This document shows, in pieces, positions 19,010 through 27,339 of a DNA stretch of 35,475 nucleotides. The notes under the pieces were generated by a model, which searched no databases, was not told the DNA's origin, and saw only the letters and a program-made list of their open reading frames with translations. The translations under genes were made by a program, and so were the position numbers. This DNA is from Desulfobacterales bacterium (GTDB taxonomy: Bacteria > Desulfobacterota > Desulfobacteria > Desulfobacterales > SpSt-501). The DNA is taken from contig JALOOS010000001.1 of the NCBI GenBank assembly GCA_025454275.1, positions 1-35,475 on the forward strand. Direction: 5' to 3'. Each line of letters begins with the position of its first letter. Within the stretch, counting starts at the first letter, position 1.

Positions 19010-19782
19010 GCAAGCGCATCATCCCCTGCCTGGACGTCCGCGACGGCAGGACCACCAAGGGGGTCCGTTTCGAGGCCAACGTCGACATCGGCGATCCGGT
19101 CGCGATGGCGCGCCGTTATTATGAAGAGGGCGCGGACGAGATCGTCTTCTACGACATCACCGCCTCGCACCAGCGGCGCGCCATTATGCTGGATGTGGTC
19201 CGGCAGGTGGCCGACACCATCTTCATCCCGTTTTCGGTCGGCGGCGGGATCCGCTCGCTCGAGGAGATGCGGGCCGTGCTCCTGGCGGGGGCCGAAAAGG
19301 TCAGCGTCAACTCGGCCGCCGTGCGTTCGCCGGAGATCATCGCCCGCGGCGCCGACGCCTTCGGCAGCCAGTGCATCGTTTTGGGGATGGACGTCAAGCA
19401 GGTGGGGGTGCGGGAGGGGATCCCCTCCGGCTACGAGGTGGTGATCGACGGGGGGCGGGTCTATACGGGAATCGATGCCCTGCAATGGGCGCTCAAGGCC
19501 CAGGGGCTGGGGGCCGGCGAAATCTGCCTGAACTCCATCGACGCCGACGGCACGCGCCAGGGGTATGAATTGACCCTGACGGCCCTCATTTCAGGGCAGG
19601 TCTCCATCCCGGTCATCGCCTCCGGCGGCGCCGGGGAACCGGAACACCTGCGGGATGCCCTCCTCCAGGGGCGGGCCGACGCCGTCTTGATCGCCTCGAT
19701 GGTCCATTTCGGAACGCACTCCATCGCGGGTCTCAAGTCCTACTTGCACGCCTGCGGCATCCCGGTGCGCCGGAGCTGGTAA
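19003..19782 (+). CDS. hisF: Imidazole glycerol phosphate synthase, cyclase subunit HisF
   Basis: 259 aa counted back from the stop. [43 protein letters not shown]. Confidence 0.93.
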   Translation: MLSKRIIPCLDVRDGRTTKGVRFEANVDIGDPVAMARRYYEEGADEIVFYDITASHQRRAIMLDVVRQVADTIFIPFSVGGGIRSLEEMRAVLLAGAEKVSVNSAAVRSPEIIARGADAFGSQCIVLGMDVKQVGVREGIPSGYEVVIDGGRVYTGIDALQWALKAQGLGAGEICLNSIDADGTRQGYELTLTALISGQVSIPVIASGGAGEPEHLRDALLQGRADAVLIASMVHFGTHSIAGLKSYLHACGIPVRRSW

Positions 19783-19792
19783 CCGCCCTGCA

Positions 19793-20086
19793 TCAGGCCA
19801 TTTCACCGAAGGGCAAATAGCCGGGCGGTGTTTTTTTGACCAGCTTTCCATCCTCGTCGTATTTTTCGACGATGATTTTCCCGTTTTCAAGCCGGTTGCG
19901 GGTCTGAAGCGTCTCCTGTCCCTCACCCTGCGGTTTGGATCGGTCGGCCTCGGCCGAGGGCTCGACCGGCCGCACTTCGCGGATCTGTTCGGCCCTTTTC
20001 ACGGCCGCATCCAGCTCCATGCCGTCGGCCGCCCCCGCCCCGCGGGGTAGGCGCTGCACGGCGGCGTCCCCGATGATGTCAAACAT
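19793..20086 (-). CDS. Small hypothetical protein (97 aa)
   Basis: Strong SD (AAAGGAGAA, ~5 nt spacer) before the ATG at 20086. The C-terminal GKIIVEKYDEDGKLVKKTPPGY is only vaguely FlaG-like. No family recognised with confidence. Confidence 0.6.
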   Translation of the reverse strand: MFDIIGDAAVQRLPRGAGAADGMELDAAVKRAEQIREVRPVEPSAEADRSKPQGEGQETLQTRNRLENGKIIVEKYDEDGKLVKKTPPGYLPFGEMA

Positions 20087-20256
20087 GGTGATTCTCCTTT
20101 CCTTGCCCGGCCCGGCGTTCTGCCGGTCCTTGGGACCTGCTCCGGACGGAAGCGCCCAGGTCTTTTCCGCCTAAAGACGATCGCCTGCGGCGGCGTCCAT
20201 CCGGTCCGAAGCCGGCCGGCCCGTCCGGGGACGGGTGCCTGCCGGGTGCTGAACTT

Positions 20257-20682
20257 CTATGTCCACGACTCCGTGGCGCCCCCGCGCCGTGTCTCCGCCA
20301 GCTGCCCGAGACGCCGGATCAGCGTGCCGGCGTCTGCGGCGGCAAGGGTGGACGTCTGCTTGCGGTTGATGGCATCGATCACGTTGAACGTGAAACTGTT
20401 GTCCGGTGCCGCGCCGTGACGGGCAGCCCCTAGAGGCTCTTTTTCAGCGGAAGGCCCGGGGGGCAGCGCGCCCGCCTGCTCGCCTGCATGCGCGATGGTG
20501 TGAAGCACCTGTTCGGAGATCTTGCTCATGGCGGCCCGGCGGCTTACCTCCGGCGCCAATCCGCCCGGGACCATCGCCTTCCGGACCGAGTCCCCCGAGG
20601 TGGTGCCGGACTCCGGGTTCTTTCTCAGCCGCCGGCAATAGCAATCGATGACATGGTGCATCTGGCTGGTGGTGATGTGCAT
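20257..20682 (-). CDS. Hypothetical protein (141 aa)
   Basis: ORF with a GAGGGGG SD-like stretch upstream. No recognisable motif. Confidence 0.5.
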   Translation of the reverse strand: MHITTSQMHHVIDCYCRRLRKNPESGTTSGDSVRKAMVPGGLAPEVSRRAAMSKISEQVLHTIAHAGEQAGALPPGPSAEKEPLGAARHGAAPDNSFTFNVIDAINRKQTSTLAAADAGTLIRRLGQLAETRRGGATESWT

Positions 20683-20819
20683 CTCGGACCCCCTCTGGTC
20701 AGCTTATCGGCCGTTCGGGTCCGGGACTTTAGCTGAAAATGGGGGCTGGGCGGGGAGGGGCGTAAAAATGGGGTAGGGGAGGGCGGAGGCGGCGACCCCT
20801 CCGTAAGCAGCGGGGGGCC

Positions 20820-20951
20820 ATCGGGGCCGGTATCGGTATCGGGTTCGGAATCGGTCCTTCAAGATCTTGAAGAAGGATGCCCCCCTCCAGCGGCAATGGA
20901 AACAACGTGTTCATTCGATGCCGATTCCGATACCGACAGCGACCCCGATCC
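20820..20951. repeat. Imperfect palindromic intergenic element with 6-nt periodic arms (copy B)
   Basis: Left arm ATCGGGGCCGGTATCGGTATCGGGTTCGGAATCGG (20820-20854), perfect 16-nt palindrome CTTCAAGATCTTGAAG (20857-20872), right arm CCGATTCCGATACCGACAGCGACCCCGATCC (20921-20951). Homologous to copy A in reverse orientation. Confidence 0.75.
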
Positions 20952-21082
20952 TATTTTCCGCTCCGGTTCCGGCTTTTACTCCGACTCTGACTCCGACGTT
21001 TACTGCACGTTCCTATCCGGCATCCTGCGCCGCCGAAACCGGCCGCTTTCATTTATTTCCATGGGCATCGTACCGGTCCGGG

Positions 21083-22378
21083 TCAGTCCTCGAAATCGCC
21101 CTGGGGGCCTTTGTCCGCGTTCAGTGCGGCCGCCCGTTGTTTGATGCGCTCAGGGGTCCAGTCGGCGGTCTTCTCGATCCGGCGCGCTTTCGGGCCGGGA
21201 TTGTGCGACCCTGCGGCCAGAATCGTCTCGATGGCGAGCGGGGCGGTGTCCCGCGCGTTGAAGACGTCGACGATCATCGCGTAGGCGAACTCCTCAACCC
21301 GCCGCGACATGCGCTCCCGCACGTCGCGCGGCAGTCCGAGCAGCTTGTTTTCAAAGGGCAGATTGAGTTTTTTGTAATCCCCGCCTTTCAGGTTGCGGGC
21401 TTGGGCGTAGGCCGCCATCTCCGCCCACATCGCCTCGGTGACCCCTTGATCGGGCACTTTGATGAAGCGGCCGTCGGCATCGAGGATGGCATTGCCGTAG
21501 TCGTTCACCTCGAGCCCCCAGGAGATCATCTGGAGAGCGGTGGCCACGTTGGCCTTGGTGGTGCGGGTCTGCGCGACGATCTGCCTCAGCCGCTCGGAGC
21601 TGTTGCCGGAGGTGCCGTGCTGGGCGCCGGACACTTTGTATTTGGCGACCACCGCGTGGATTCGGCGGGTCAGTTCGACCTGGATCCCGGAATCGCTGGC
21701 TTCTATGCCGTGGGTGGTGCCGTTGTTCAGGGCGATCCAGTCCGGAAAAATTCCGTGGGCGTTCAAACCTTGAATGAGGAACAGCGCCTCCTCCGGTGTA
21801 GAGAGCCCCTCCTTGCCCTTGATCTCCCCGACCTCGGTTTCCAAGCCGGCCCAGCGGGGCACGAAGGGGTTCAGCTCGATGCTCGCGAGCAGGTTGCGGT
21901 CGTCCGGAAGGTGGGATGCGTCGATGGCAACCGAGGTGATGCCGGCGTCGAACAGGGAGGGTATTTCGGTTTTGGCCGCCGCCACGTCGGCGTCCCCCTT
22001 GATCCCGTAATGGTCGGCGTGAACGGCCACCGGTACGGTGATGCCCATCTCATTGCAGCAGGCATCCACGATCCGGGCGATGTTCCAGAAATTGATCGCG
22101 CAATAGGCGCCGGCTCCCCCCTCGGATTTGGCGATCTCGATGATCAGGGCGGCATTGGCCCGCTGCGCCGCCCGGAGGGCACCCCGGATGACGAAAATGC
22201 TGCGCCCGTTGGCGGCGAGGGCGACGGCCCGGCCCTTGGCCAGCATGGCTCGGTCGACCACCTTGCCGCTGACCAGAAGTGCGCGGGAGTTGGGAAACAG
22301 CGCGCGGATGTTCGGCGGGCGGCCGATGTCGAGAGCTTTTTTGTAGCCCTTCGGTACGCGGGATGGGGCGGCGGTCAT
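21083..22378 (-). CDS. fba: Class II fructose-1,6-bisphosphate aldolase
   Basis: AVHADHYG, NNGTTHG, GAQHGTSG motifs. Start at Met41 of ORF 21083..22498 (MTAAPSRVPKGY...), preceded by a GGAAGGAGGA SD. Confidence 0.88.
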   Translation of the reverse strand: MTAAPSRVPKGYKKALDIGRPPNIRALFPNSRALLVSGKVVDRAMLAKGRAVALAANGRSIFVIRGALRAAQRANAALIIEIAKSEGGAGAYCAINFWNIARIVDACCNEMGITVPVAVHADHYGIKGDADVAAAKTEIPSLFDAGITSVAIDASHLPDDRNLLASIELNPFVPRWAGLETEVGEIKGKEGLSTPEEALFLIQGLNAHGIFPDWIALNNGTTHGIEASDSGIQVELTRRIHAVVAKYKVSGAQHGTSGNSSERLRQIVAQTRTTKANVATALQMISWGLEVNDYGNAILDADGRFIKVPDQGVTEAMWAEMAAYAQARNLKGGDYKKLNLPFENKLLGLPRDVRERMSRRVEEFAYAMIVDVFNARDTAPLAIETILAAGSHNPGPKARRIEKTADWTPERIKQRAAALNADKGPQGDFED

Positions 22379-22712
22379 GGGGGTCCTCCTTCCGTTGCGG
22401 TCAGGCAAACACATCCACCCGCGAGCCGATGGCGGGCGGCGCCGTTTGCCGGGCGATGGGCCGGGGGTAGGTGCGCAGGGGTTGAAAGGAAACCTCAAGA
22501 GGAGTTGCGGCGCTGCGGTGCGGCTGCCTCCGAAACGGAGGAAAAGGTTCGGTTCCCGGCCTGCCGGCGGAAACCAAGCGGCGCTCCGCTCCGGCCGAAT
22601 CTCTCGGCGAGCAGGGAACCAGGCTGAAGTCCGAAGAGATCGTCATGGGTCAGGGACGGGCCCGGCCGTCTTCGACTGGATTGGCGCAACAGCCGGGCGA
22701 ACGTCTCAAACC

Positions 22713-22741
22713 ATTCTAATTACAATGTCCTGACCTTGCAA
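22713..22741 (-). promoter_or_regulatory. Candidate sigma70 promoter reading toward fba
   Basis: Minus strand TTGCAA (22741-22736), 17-nt spacer, TAGAAT (22718-22713). It would give a ~325-nt 5' leader before the fba ATG. Confidence 0.35.
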
Positions 22742-22780
22742 GTGATTTCTTCGGATCCGGTGCCAAAACCGGGCCGGGGT

Positions 22781-23326
22781 CTACTGCTTGGCGGAGGCCG
22801 ATCGGGCATTGCTTTCGGCCACCCGGGCATTGTAGTCCTCGATATTCCGGCGCAGCGCTTCGCTGTGCTGTTCGTAATCCGCGGCGCGCTGGTTGAACGC
22901 CTCGACAGCGGTGTTGTAGGCCTTGAGCTCATCGCGGTTTTTGGCGTTTTCCCGCTCCTGGGTCAACCGCTCCTTTTCCTGCATCAGGGCCTTGTATTCG
23001 GCCTCGACCTCTTTCTTGCGGGCGTCAAGCTTTTCCCGCGCATCGTCAAGGGACTCTTCCCCCTTTGCGGCCGGGGCATCGGCCGCAGAGATCGCCGGCG
23101 CGGCCGGGGCCTGCCGGGTTTCGGGCGCGGTGTCGGCGGGCGGCTCGGGGCTGCGTGCCTCGGCGTAGGCGCTGGCCTTCGTCCGCTGCGCTTCGGGCAC
23201 TTGGTTGATGTCGTCCGTGAAGCGGACGTTGCCCTGTTCGTCCGTGAACTTGTAAAACTGTGCGACCGCCGATCCCGGCCCCACCACGAGGGCAAGCATC
23301 AGGACAAGACCGATCCAAGCGTTCAT
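22781..23326 (-). CDS. DUF4124-domain secreted protein with coiled-coil C-terminus
   Basis: Signal peptide MNAWIGLVLMLALVVGPGSAVA followed by QFYKFTDEQGNVRFTDD (DUF4124 signature), then a charged heptad-rich tail. AAGGAG SD lies 7 nt before the ATG at 23326. Confidence 0.75.
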   Translation of the reverse strand: MNAWIGLVLMLALVVGPGSAVAQFYKFTDEQGNVRFTDDINQVPEAQRTKASAYAEARSPEPPADTAPETRQAPAAPAISAADAPAAKGEESLDDAREKLDARKKEVEAEYKALMQEKERLTQERENAKNRDELKAYNTAVEAFNQRAADYEQHSEALRRNIEDYNARVAESNARSASAKQ

Positions 23327-23512
23327 GACCCTTCTCCTTACATCGGGTTTGGTGTCCATATCGTATCATATCCGCCGTTGACCCCAAAACTTTAGCCGCC
23401 GCCGGCCGCTATTTTTGACATCACTGCCGTCTGATGATAACTGGCATGCTGACGTCCGGCGACCCCAAACCGGGGGGCCGGTGCCGGCATCCGGCGTCTG
23501 GGAGTATTTCGA

Positions 23513-25453
23513 ATGCATCGTGACGGGTTGCGGTATCTCCTGATCGGGCTGGCCGTGATGGCGGCGGCCGCGGCCTGCGGCCCCCGGCCGCGGCCGGGGG
23601 TCGCTCCCTTCCCCAAGCATCGGGCTGCGGCCGACGACCTTTTTCAGAGAGCCGAGCGCAGCTATGGGCAGCAAGCGTATGAACAGGCCCTGGCCCTTTT
23701 CGGCGACTACATCGGCCGCTACCCCGACGAGCCCCTGGCGCCGGCCGCCCTTATGAGAATCGGCGCGATCCACGGCCTGCAGGGCAATCCCGCCCGCGCG
23801 CGCCTGGCTTATACCCAGCTGATTTCGGAATACCCCGCCAGCCCCATGGCCGCGGAGGCGATGGTGGAGACCCTGCGCCTGCTTACCCTGGAGGGGGAGT
23901 TCCGCGAAGTGGTCGCCCGGGCCCCGGCCGCCCTGTCGATGATGAGCACGCCCGGGCAGCGCCTGCGGGCCCTCTCCCTGATCGGGGATGCCTACATGGG
24001 CCTGGGGGCTCCCCTGGAGGCGGTCGAGGCGTATACCGGCGCCCTGAAAATGGCGGGCGCGGCAGAACAGGAGGCTGTCGCCGCGAAGCTGAAAGCGGCG
24101 CTGATGCGCCTGACCCCCGCGGATGTGGAGACCCTGGCCGCCCGCCGTGACGACCGCCTGCCGATGGATTACCTGCTGTTTCAGGCTGGGCTCCTTTTTG
24201 CCCGCGAGGGGCGCCCCCGCGAGGCGCAGGTCCTTCTCAACGCCTTCCTGGAGCGCTACCCGGCCCACAGCCAGGCTGCGCGCGCAACCCAGGCCCTGGT
24301 CGAGATCCAGAAGGCCGGGCCGCGCGATTGGATCAACCTGGGCGCCCTCCTGCCGCTGAGCGGGGCCTACCAGGCCATCGGCCAGAAAGCGCTGCGCGGT
24401 CTCGAGCTGGCGGTCAGCCGCCACAACGCCCGCGGAATCCCGCCCCAGGTGAGGCTGATCTTAAAGGACACCGCCTCCGATGCGGCCGCGACCGTGCAGG
24501 CGCTTCAGGAGCTCGACCGCGAAAATGCGGCGGCGGTGATCGGCCCCCTGGTGCACGTCGAGGCCGCCGCCGCCGAGGCCCAACGGTTGGGACTGCCGAT
24601 CATCGCGATCACCCAGAGGGACCAGCTCTCCGGCCTCGGGCCCTACGCGCTGCGCAACTTCATCACGCCCAAGGCCCAGGCGCAATCGCTGGCGGCGTTT
24701 GCCGCCGGCCGACTGGGCATCACCCGCGCCGTCATTCTCTTTCCCGATGAGACCTACGGGCGGACCTTTGCGGCGCTTTTCCGCGAGGAGTTTCAGGGCC
24801 GGGGCGGCCAGGTCCTGGACGCGCTGGCCTACAGCCCCGAGGCGGTCGATTTCTCCCCCGTCATCCGGCGGCTGCTGCACTTTGCGCGGCGGGTTCCCAA
24901 GGAGGGTCGTCCCGGGGGCGTTGCGCCGCGCCCGCCGGACGCACGGCGCCGCTCGCTGGAGGAAAAAGAGTACGATCTCGAGTTCGATTTCGAGGCGATC
25001 TTCATTCCCGACGACCCCAAAAAGGCGGGCATGCTCGTCCCGCAGCTCTCCTACCACGACATCCGGGGGGTCCAGCTGCTGGGGACCAACTTGTGGAACT
25101 CGGAGGCGCTGATCCGCTACGCCGAGGCCTATGTGCAGGGAGCGGTCATGCCGGAGGGGTTCTTCCCGGGCAGCCTCGACCCGCAGACCGTGCAGTTTGT
25201 CAGCGCCTTCGAGGAGACCTACCAGGAGAAGCCGGGAATCATCGAGGCCATCGTCTACGATTCGGCGCGGATGGTGCTCGAGGCGGCCGGCCGCCCCGGG
25301 GTGCGGCTGCGGAGCGACATCGCAGCCCATCTCCGGCGGCCGGAGGGGTTCGCGGGCCTCACCGGCTTCACCCGCTTTGACGAGAGCGGCGAGGTGCAGA
25401 AAACCCTGCGCATTCTGCAGGTGCGCGGCCGCCGCTTCATCGAACTCGACTAG
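23513..25453 (+). CDS. Lipoprotein with N-terminal TPR repeats and a type-1 periplasmic-binding (LivK-like) domain; LpoA-like penicillin-binding protein activator
   Basis: Lipobox ...MAAAAAC. TPR-like region (YEQALALFGDYIGRYPDEPLAPAALMRIG...). C-terminal PBP1 fold (IGALLPLSGAYQAIGQKALRGLELAV...VIGPL). Confidence 0.7.
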   Translation: MHRDGLRYLLIGLAVMAAAAACGPRPRPGVAPFPKHRAAADDLFQRAERSYGQQAYEQALALFGDYIGRYPDEPLAPAALMRIGAIHGLQGNPARARLAYTQLISEYPASPMAAEAMVETLRLLTLEGEFREVVARAPAALSMMSTPGQRLRALSLIGDAYMGLGAPLEAVEAYTGALKMAGAAEQEAVAAKLKAALMRLTPADVETLAARRDDRLPMDYLLFQAGLLFAREGRPREAQVLLNAFLERYPAHSQAARATQALVEIQKAGPRDWINLGALLPLSGAYQAIGQKALRGLELAVSRHNARGIPPQVRLILKDTASDAAATVQALQELDRENAAAVIGPLVHVEAAAAEAQRLGLPIIAITQRDQLSGLGPYALRNFITPKAQAQSLAAFAAGRLGITRAVILFPDETYGRTFAALFREEFQGRGGQVLDALAYSPEAVDFSPVIRRLLHFARRVPKEGRPGGVAPRPPDARRRSLEEKEYDLEFDFEAIFIPDDPKKAGMLVPQLSYHDIRGVQLLGTNLWNSEALIRYAEAYVQGAVMPEGFFPGSLDPQTVQFVSAFEETYQEKPGIIEAIVYDSARMVLEAAGRPGVRLRSDIAAHLRRPEGFAGLTGFTRFDESGEVQKTLRILQVRGRRFIELD

Positions 25454-26778
25454 AATTGATGGGTGAGGGCCGGTTGTCCGGTCGCCTCCAGGGCGCTGCG
25501 CCAGAGCATCCCCTTCGGATCCACGTGGCGGCGCTTGCCGGCCAGCAGCTTCATGGGAACGTGGACGAAGTGGTTGTTCCAATTTCCGATCAGCAGATCC
25601 GTCTTCCCGGCCAAGCCGGCATGCACGGCGTTGCGGCCTAAAAAATTGCAGAAGACCCGGTCGTTGGCGTTTGCCGGCAGGCTGCGGATCATGTAGCTGG
25701 GGTCGATGTACTTGATCGAGATCTGGACGTTGCGCTGATGGAAGTAGGCGGTGATCCTCTCCTTGAGGAACATGCCGATGTCCTTGAGCTTGACGTTGCC
25801 CGACAGGTCGAGCTCCTGCGCCTGGCCTTCGAAAAATTTCTGACCGGCGCCCTCGGCCACCACGATGACGGCATGCCCCCGGTCGGCCAGTCGTTTCGCC
25901 AGTGCATCGAGCAGGCCGCCGGGACCCTCCAGGTCGAAATCCACCTCCGGGATCAGAACGAAATTCACGTCCTGCTGGGCCAGGGTGGCCGTGGCCGCTA
26001 TGAACCCCGAGTGCCGGCCCATCAGTTTGATGAGTCCGATCCCGTTGGGGTAGCCTTCGGCTTCGTTGCTCGCGCTCAGGATCGCGCGGGTCGAGACCTC
26101 GACGGCGGTGTCGAAGCCGAACGAGCGGGAGACAAGATAGATATCGTTGTCGATCGTTTTGGGCACACCGACGACGCTGATTTTCAGTCCGCGCTCCAGG
26201 ATGGTGTCGGCGATGCAGGTGGCGGCCTTCAGCGTGCCGTCGCCGCCGATCATGAAGAGAATGCCGATGTTCATGCGCTCCAGGGTATCCACGATTTCGC
26301 CGATCTCCTCGGGGCCGCGGCTGGAGCCGAGCACGACCCCGCCGCGCTCGTGGATGTTGACCACCGTGCGCGGGCTGAGCTCGAGCATGTCGTAGCCGTA
26401 GCGCGGGATGAACCCGCGCAGGCCGTAGCGCACCCCGAAGATGGTGGGGACGCCGTAGCCGTAGTGCAGTTCCAGAACGATCGAGCGGATGATGTCGTTC
26501 AGCCCCGGGCAGAGCCCGCCGCAGGTGACCAGGGCGCATTTGAGCTTGCTCGGGTCGAAGAAGATGGTGCGGCGCGGACCGGCCGGTTCGTAGGAGGGGG
26601 GCGGGATCCCCTCTGCGAGCTGCCGGCAGGCGCGGTTCACGGTGACGTCGATGAGGATCCGGTCCGCATCGGAGACGAAGCTGACGTTGTTCGAGCCGTG
26701 CCCGCGCCGCCGCACAGGCGAGGGAATCCGGGGCTCGCCCAGGGTGGTGATGCGTGTGTTCAAGTGATCGTCGGTCAT
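25450..26778 (-). CDS. pfkA: ATP-dependent 6-phosphofructokinase (long ~440-aa type)
   Basis: TCGGLCPGLND, MIGGDGT (Gly rather than Asp suggests ATP not PPi), PKTIDNDI, KLMGRHSG. Start at Met21 (MTDDHLNTRI...). Confidence 0.88.
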   Translation of the reverse strand: MTDDHLNTRITTLGEPRIPSPVRRRGHGSNNVSFVSDADRILIDVTVNRACRQLAEGIPPPSYEPAGPRRTIFFDPSKLKCALVTCGGLCPGLNDIIRSIVLELHYGYGVPTIFGVRYGLRGFIPRYGYDMLELSPRTVVNIHERGGVVLGSSRGPEEIGEIVDTLERMNIGILFMIGGDGTLKAATCIADTILERGLKISVVGVPKTIDNDIYLVSRSFGFDTAVEVSTRAILSASNEAEGYPNGIGLIKLMGRHSGFIAATATLAQQDVNFVLIPEVDFDLEGPGGLLDALAKRLADRGHAVIVVAEGAGQKFFEGQAQELDLSGNVKLKDIGMFLKERITAYFHQRNVQISIKYIDPSYMIRSLPANANDRVFCNFLGRNAVHAGLAGKTDLLIGNWNNHFVHVPMKLLAGKRRHVDPKGMLWRSALEATGQPALTHQF

Positions 26779-26884
26779 GGGAACCCCATCTGTCGGTGCG
26801 ACCGGCCCCGGTGCCGCCGCCGCTTCGGGCACACCCACACGGATGCCTTGCGCGGTCCGGGATGCGTATCGTTTCAGAAAATTA

Positions 26885-26938
26885 TTGACAAAAAGAAATA
26901 AACCGTTCTATAATACCACTCTTAAAATTTAATGTCAC
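26885..26938. promoter_or_regulatory. Two overlapping near-consensus sigma70 promoters on opposite strands in an AT-rich island
   Basis: Plus strand: TTGACA (26885-26890), 18 nt, TATAAT (26909-26914), reading toward the PxxKW gene. Minus strand: GTGACA (26938-26933), 17 nt, TATTAT (26915-26910), reading toward pfk. The two -10 hexamers overlap by 5 nt. Confidence 0.5.
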
Positions 26939-26940
26939 CC

Positions 26941-26966
26941 AAAAACCGGTCCAGCCGGTTTTTTAT
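26941..26966. terminator. Intrinsic-terminator-like hairpin in the leader of the PxxKW gene (bidirectional A/T tracts)
   Basis: AAAACCGG-TCCAG-CCGGTTTT followed by TTATTT. It lies about 20 nt after the predicted + TSS and about 35 nt before the ATG at 27000. Confidence 0.45.
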
Positions 26967-26999
26967 TTCTCTCATGGACGTGAAAAGGAGATGATCCCC

Positions 27000-27287
27000 A
27001 TGCGCTGCACGAGCATCAAACCGGGAGTCGAGTGTGCCTTCATGACCGCCAAAGGATGCGGCTACAAGGGCGGGCTGTGCCATCAAGTCGTGGAACAATG
27101 CGGCGGCTGCGGCCGCCAGGGACAGTACGGGTCGGGCTGGTACTGCACCGCCTGCCCGGAGCCGTCGACCAAGTGGCGCACCGGCATCTGCAATCTGGCC
27201 ACCCATGTGTCGGCCCAGGCGGCCTCGCCGGAGACCAAGCAGAAGCTCAATCCGCTGAAGGCCTCCAAGCGCGCCGCCGGAAAATAA
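27000..27287 (+). CDS. PxxKW-family cysteine-rich small protein
   Basis: 12 Cys in 95 aa, with CGGCGRQG and CTACPEPSTKWRTGICNLATH (P-x-x-K-W). AAGGAG SD ends 9 nt before the ATG at 27000; the ORF-track start 26991 abuts the SD and is less likely. Confidence 0.8.
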   Translation: MRCTSIKPGVECAFMTAKGCGYKGGLCHQVVEQCGGCGRQGQYGSGWYCTACPEPSTKWRTGICNLATHVSAQAASPETKQKLNPLKASKRAAGK

Positions 27288-27307
27288 GGCCTGCCGCCGC
27301 CGGTACG

Positions 27308-27339
27308 AAGCCCCCGCCTGCCGGGCGGGGGCTTTTTTT
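27308..27339 (+). terminator. Rho-independent terminator downstream of the PxxKW gene
   Basis: AAGCCCCCGCC-TGCCG-GGCGGGGGCTT followed by T7. It overlaps the stop codon of the convergent aminotransferase gene. Confidence 0.8.

Noticed and set aside
18368-19782. hisH is directly followed by hisF with no hisA between them, and both are fused into a cvpA-mazG operon.
   Set aside because: Dispersed or rearranged his genes are common outside the enterics. Both proteins look intact and overlap in the normal coupled fashion. Nothing suggests novelty.
20896-21144. 82-aa ORF starting METTCSFDADSDTDSDPDPIFRSGSGFYSDSDSDVYC. It looks like an acidic Ser/Asp-repeat peptide. Similar GIGIGIG, PIPTPTP and RYRTRYR strings occur in ORFs at 3065-3356.
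   Set aside because: The periodic residues are the direct consequence of translating the 6-nt periodic repeat arms. There is no SD, and the ORF runs antisense into the fba 3' end. The same arms occur in the opposite orientation in copy A, so no frame is conserved.
22590-22650. The plus-strand stretch CAGGGAACCAGGCTGAAGTCCGAAGAG superficially resembles the cobalamin-riboswitch core and SRP RNA domain IV.
   Set aside because: The B12 box and the SRP GGAA/AGCA motifs are missing. On the plus strand there is no downstream gene to regulate, since the next gene is on the minus strand. The region is kept only as part of the generic long fba leader finding.
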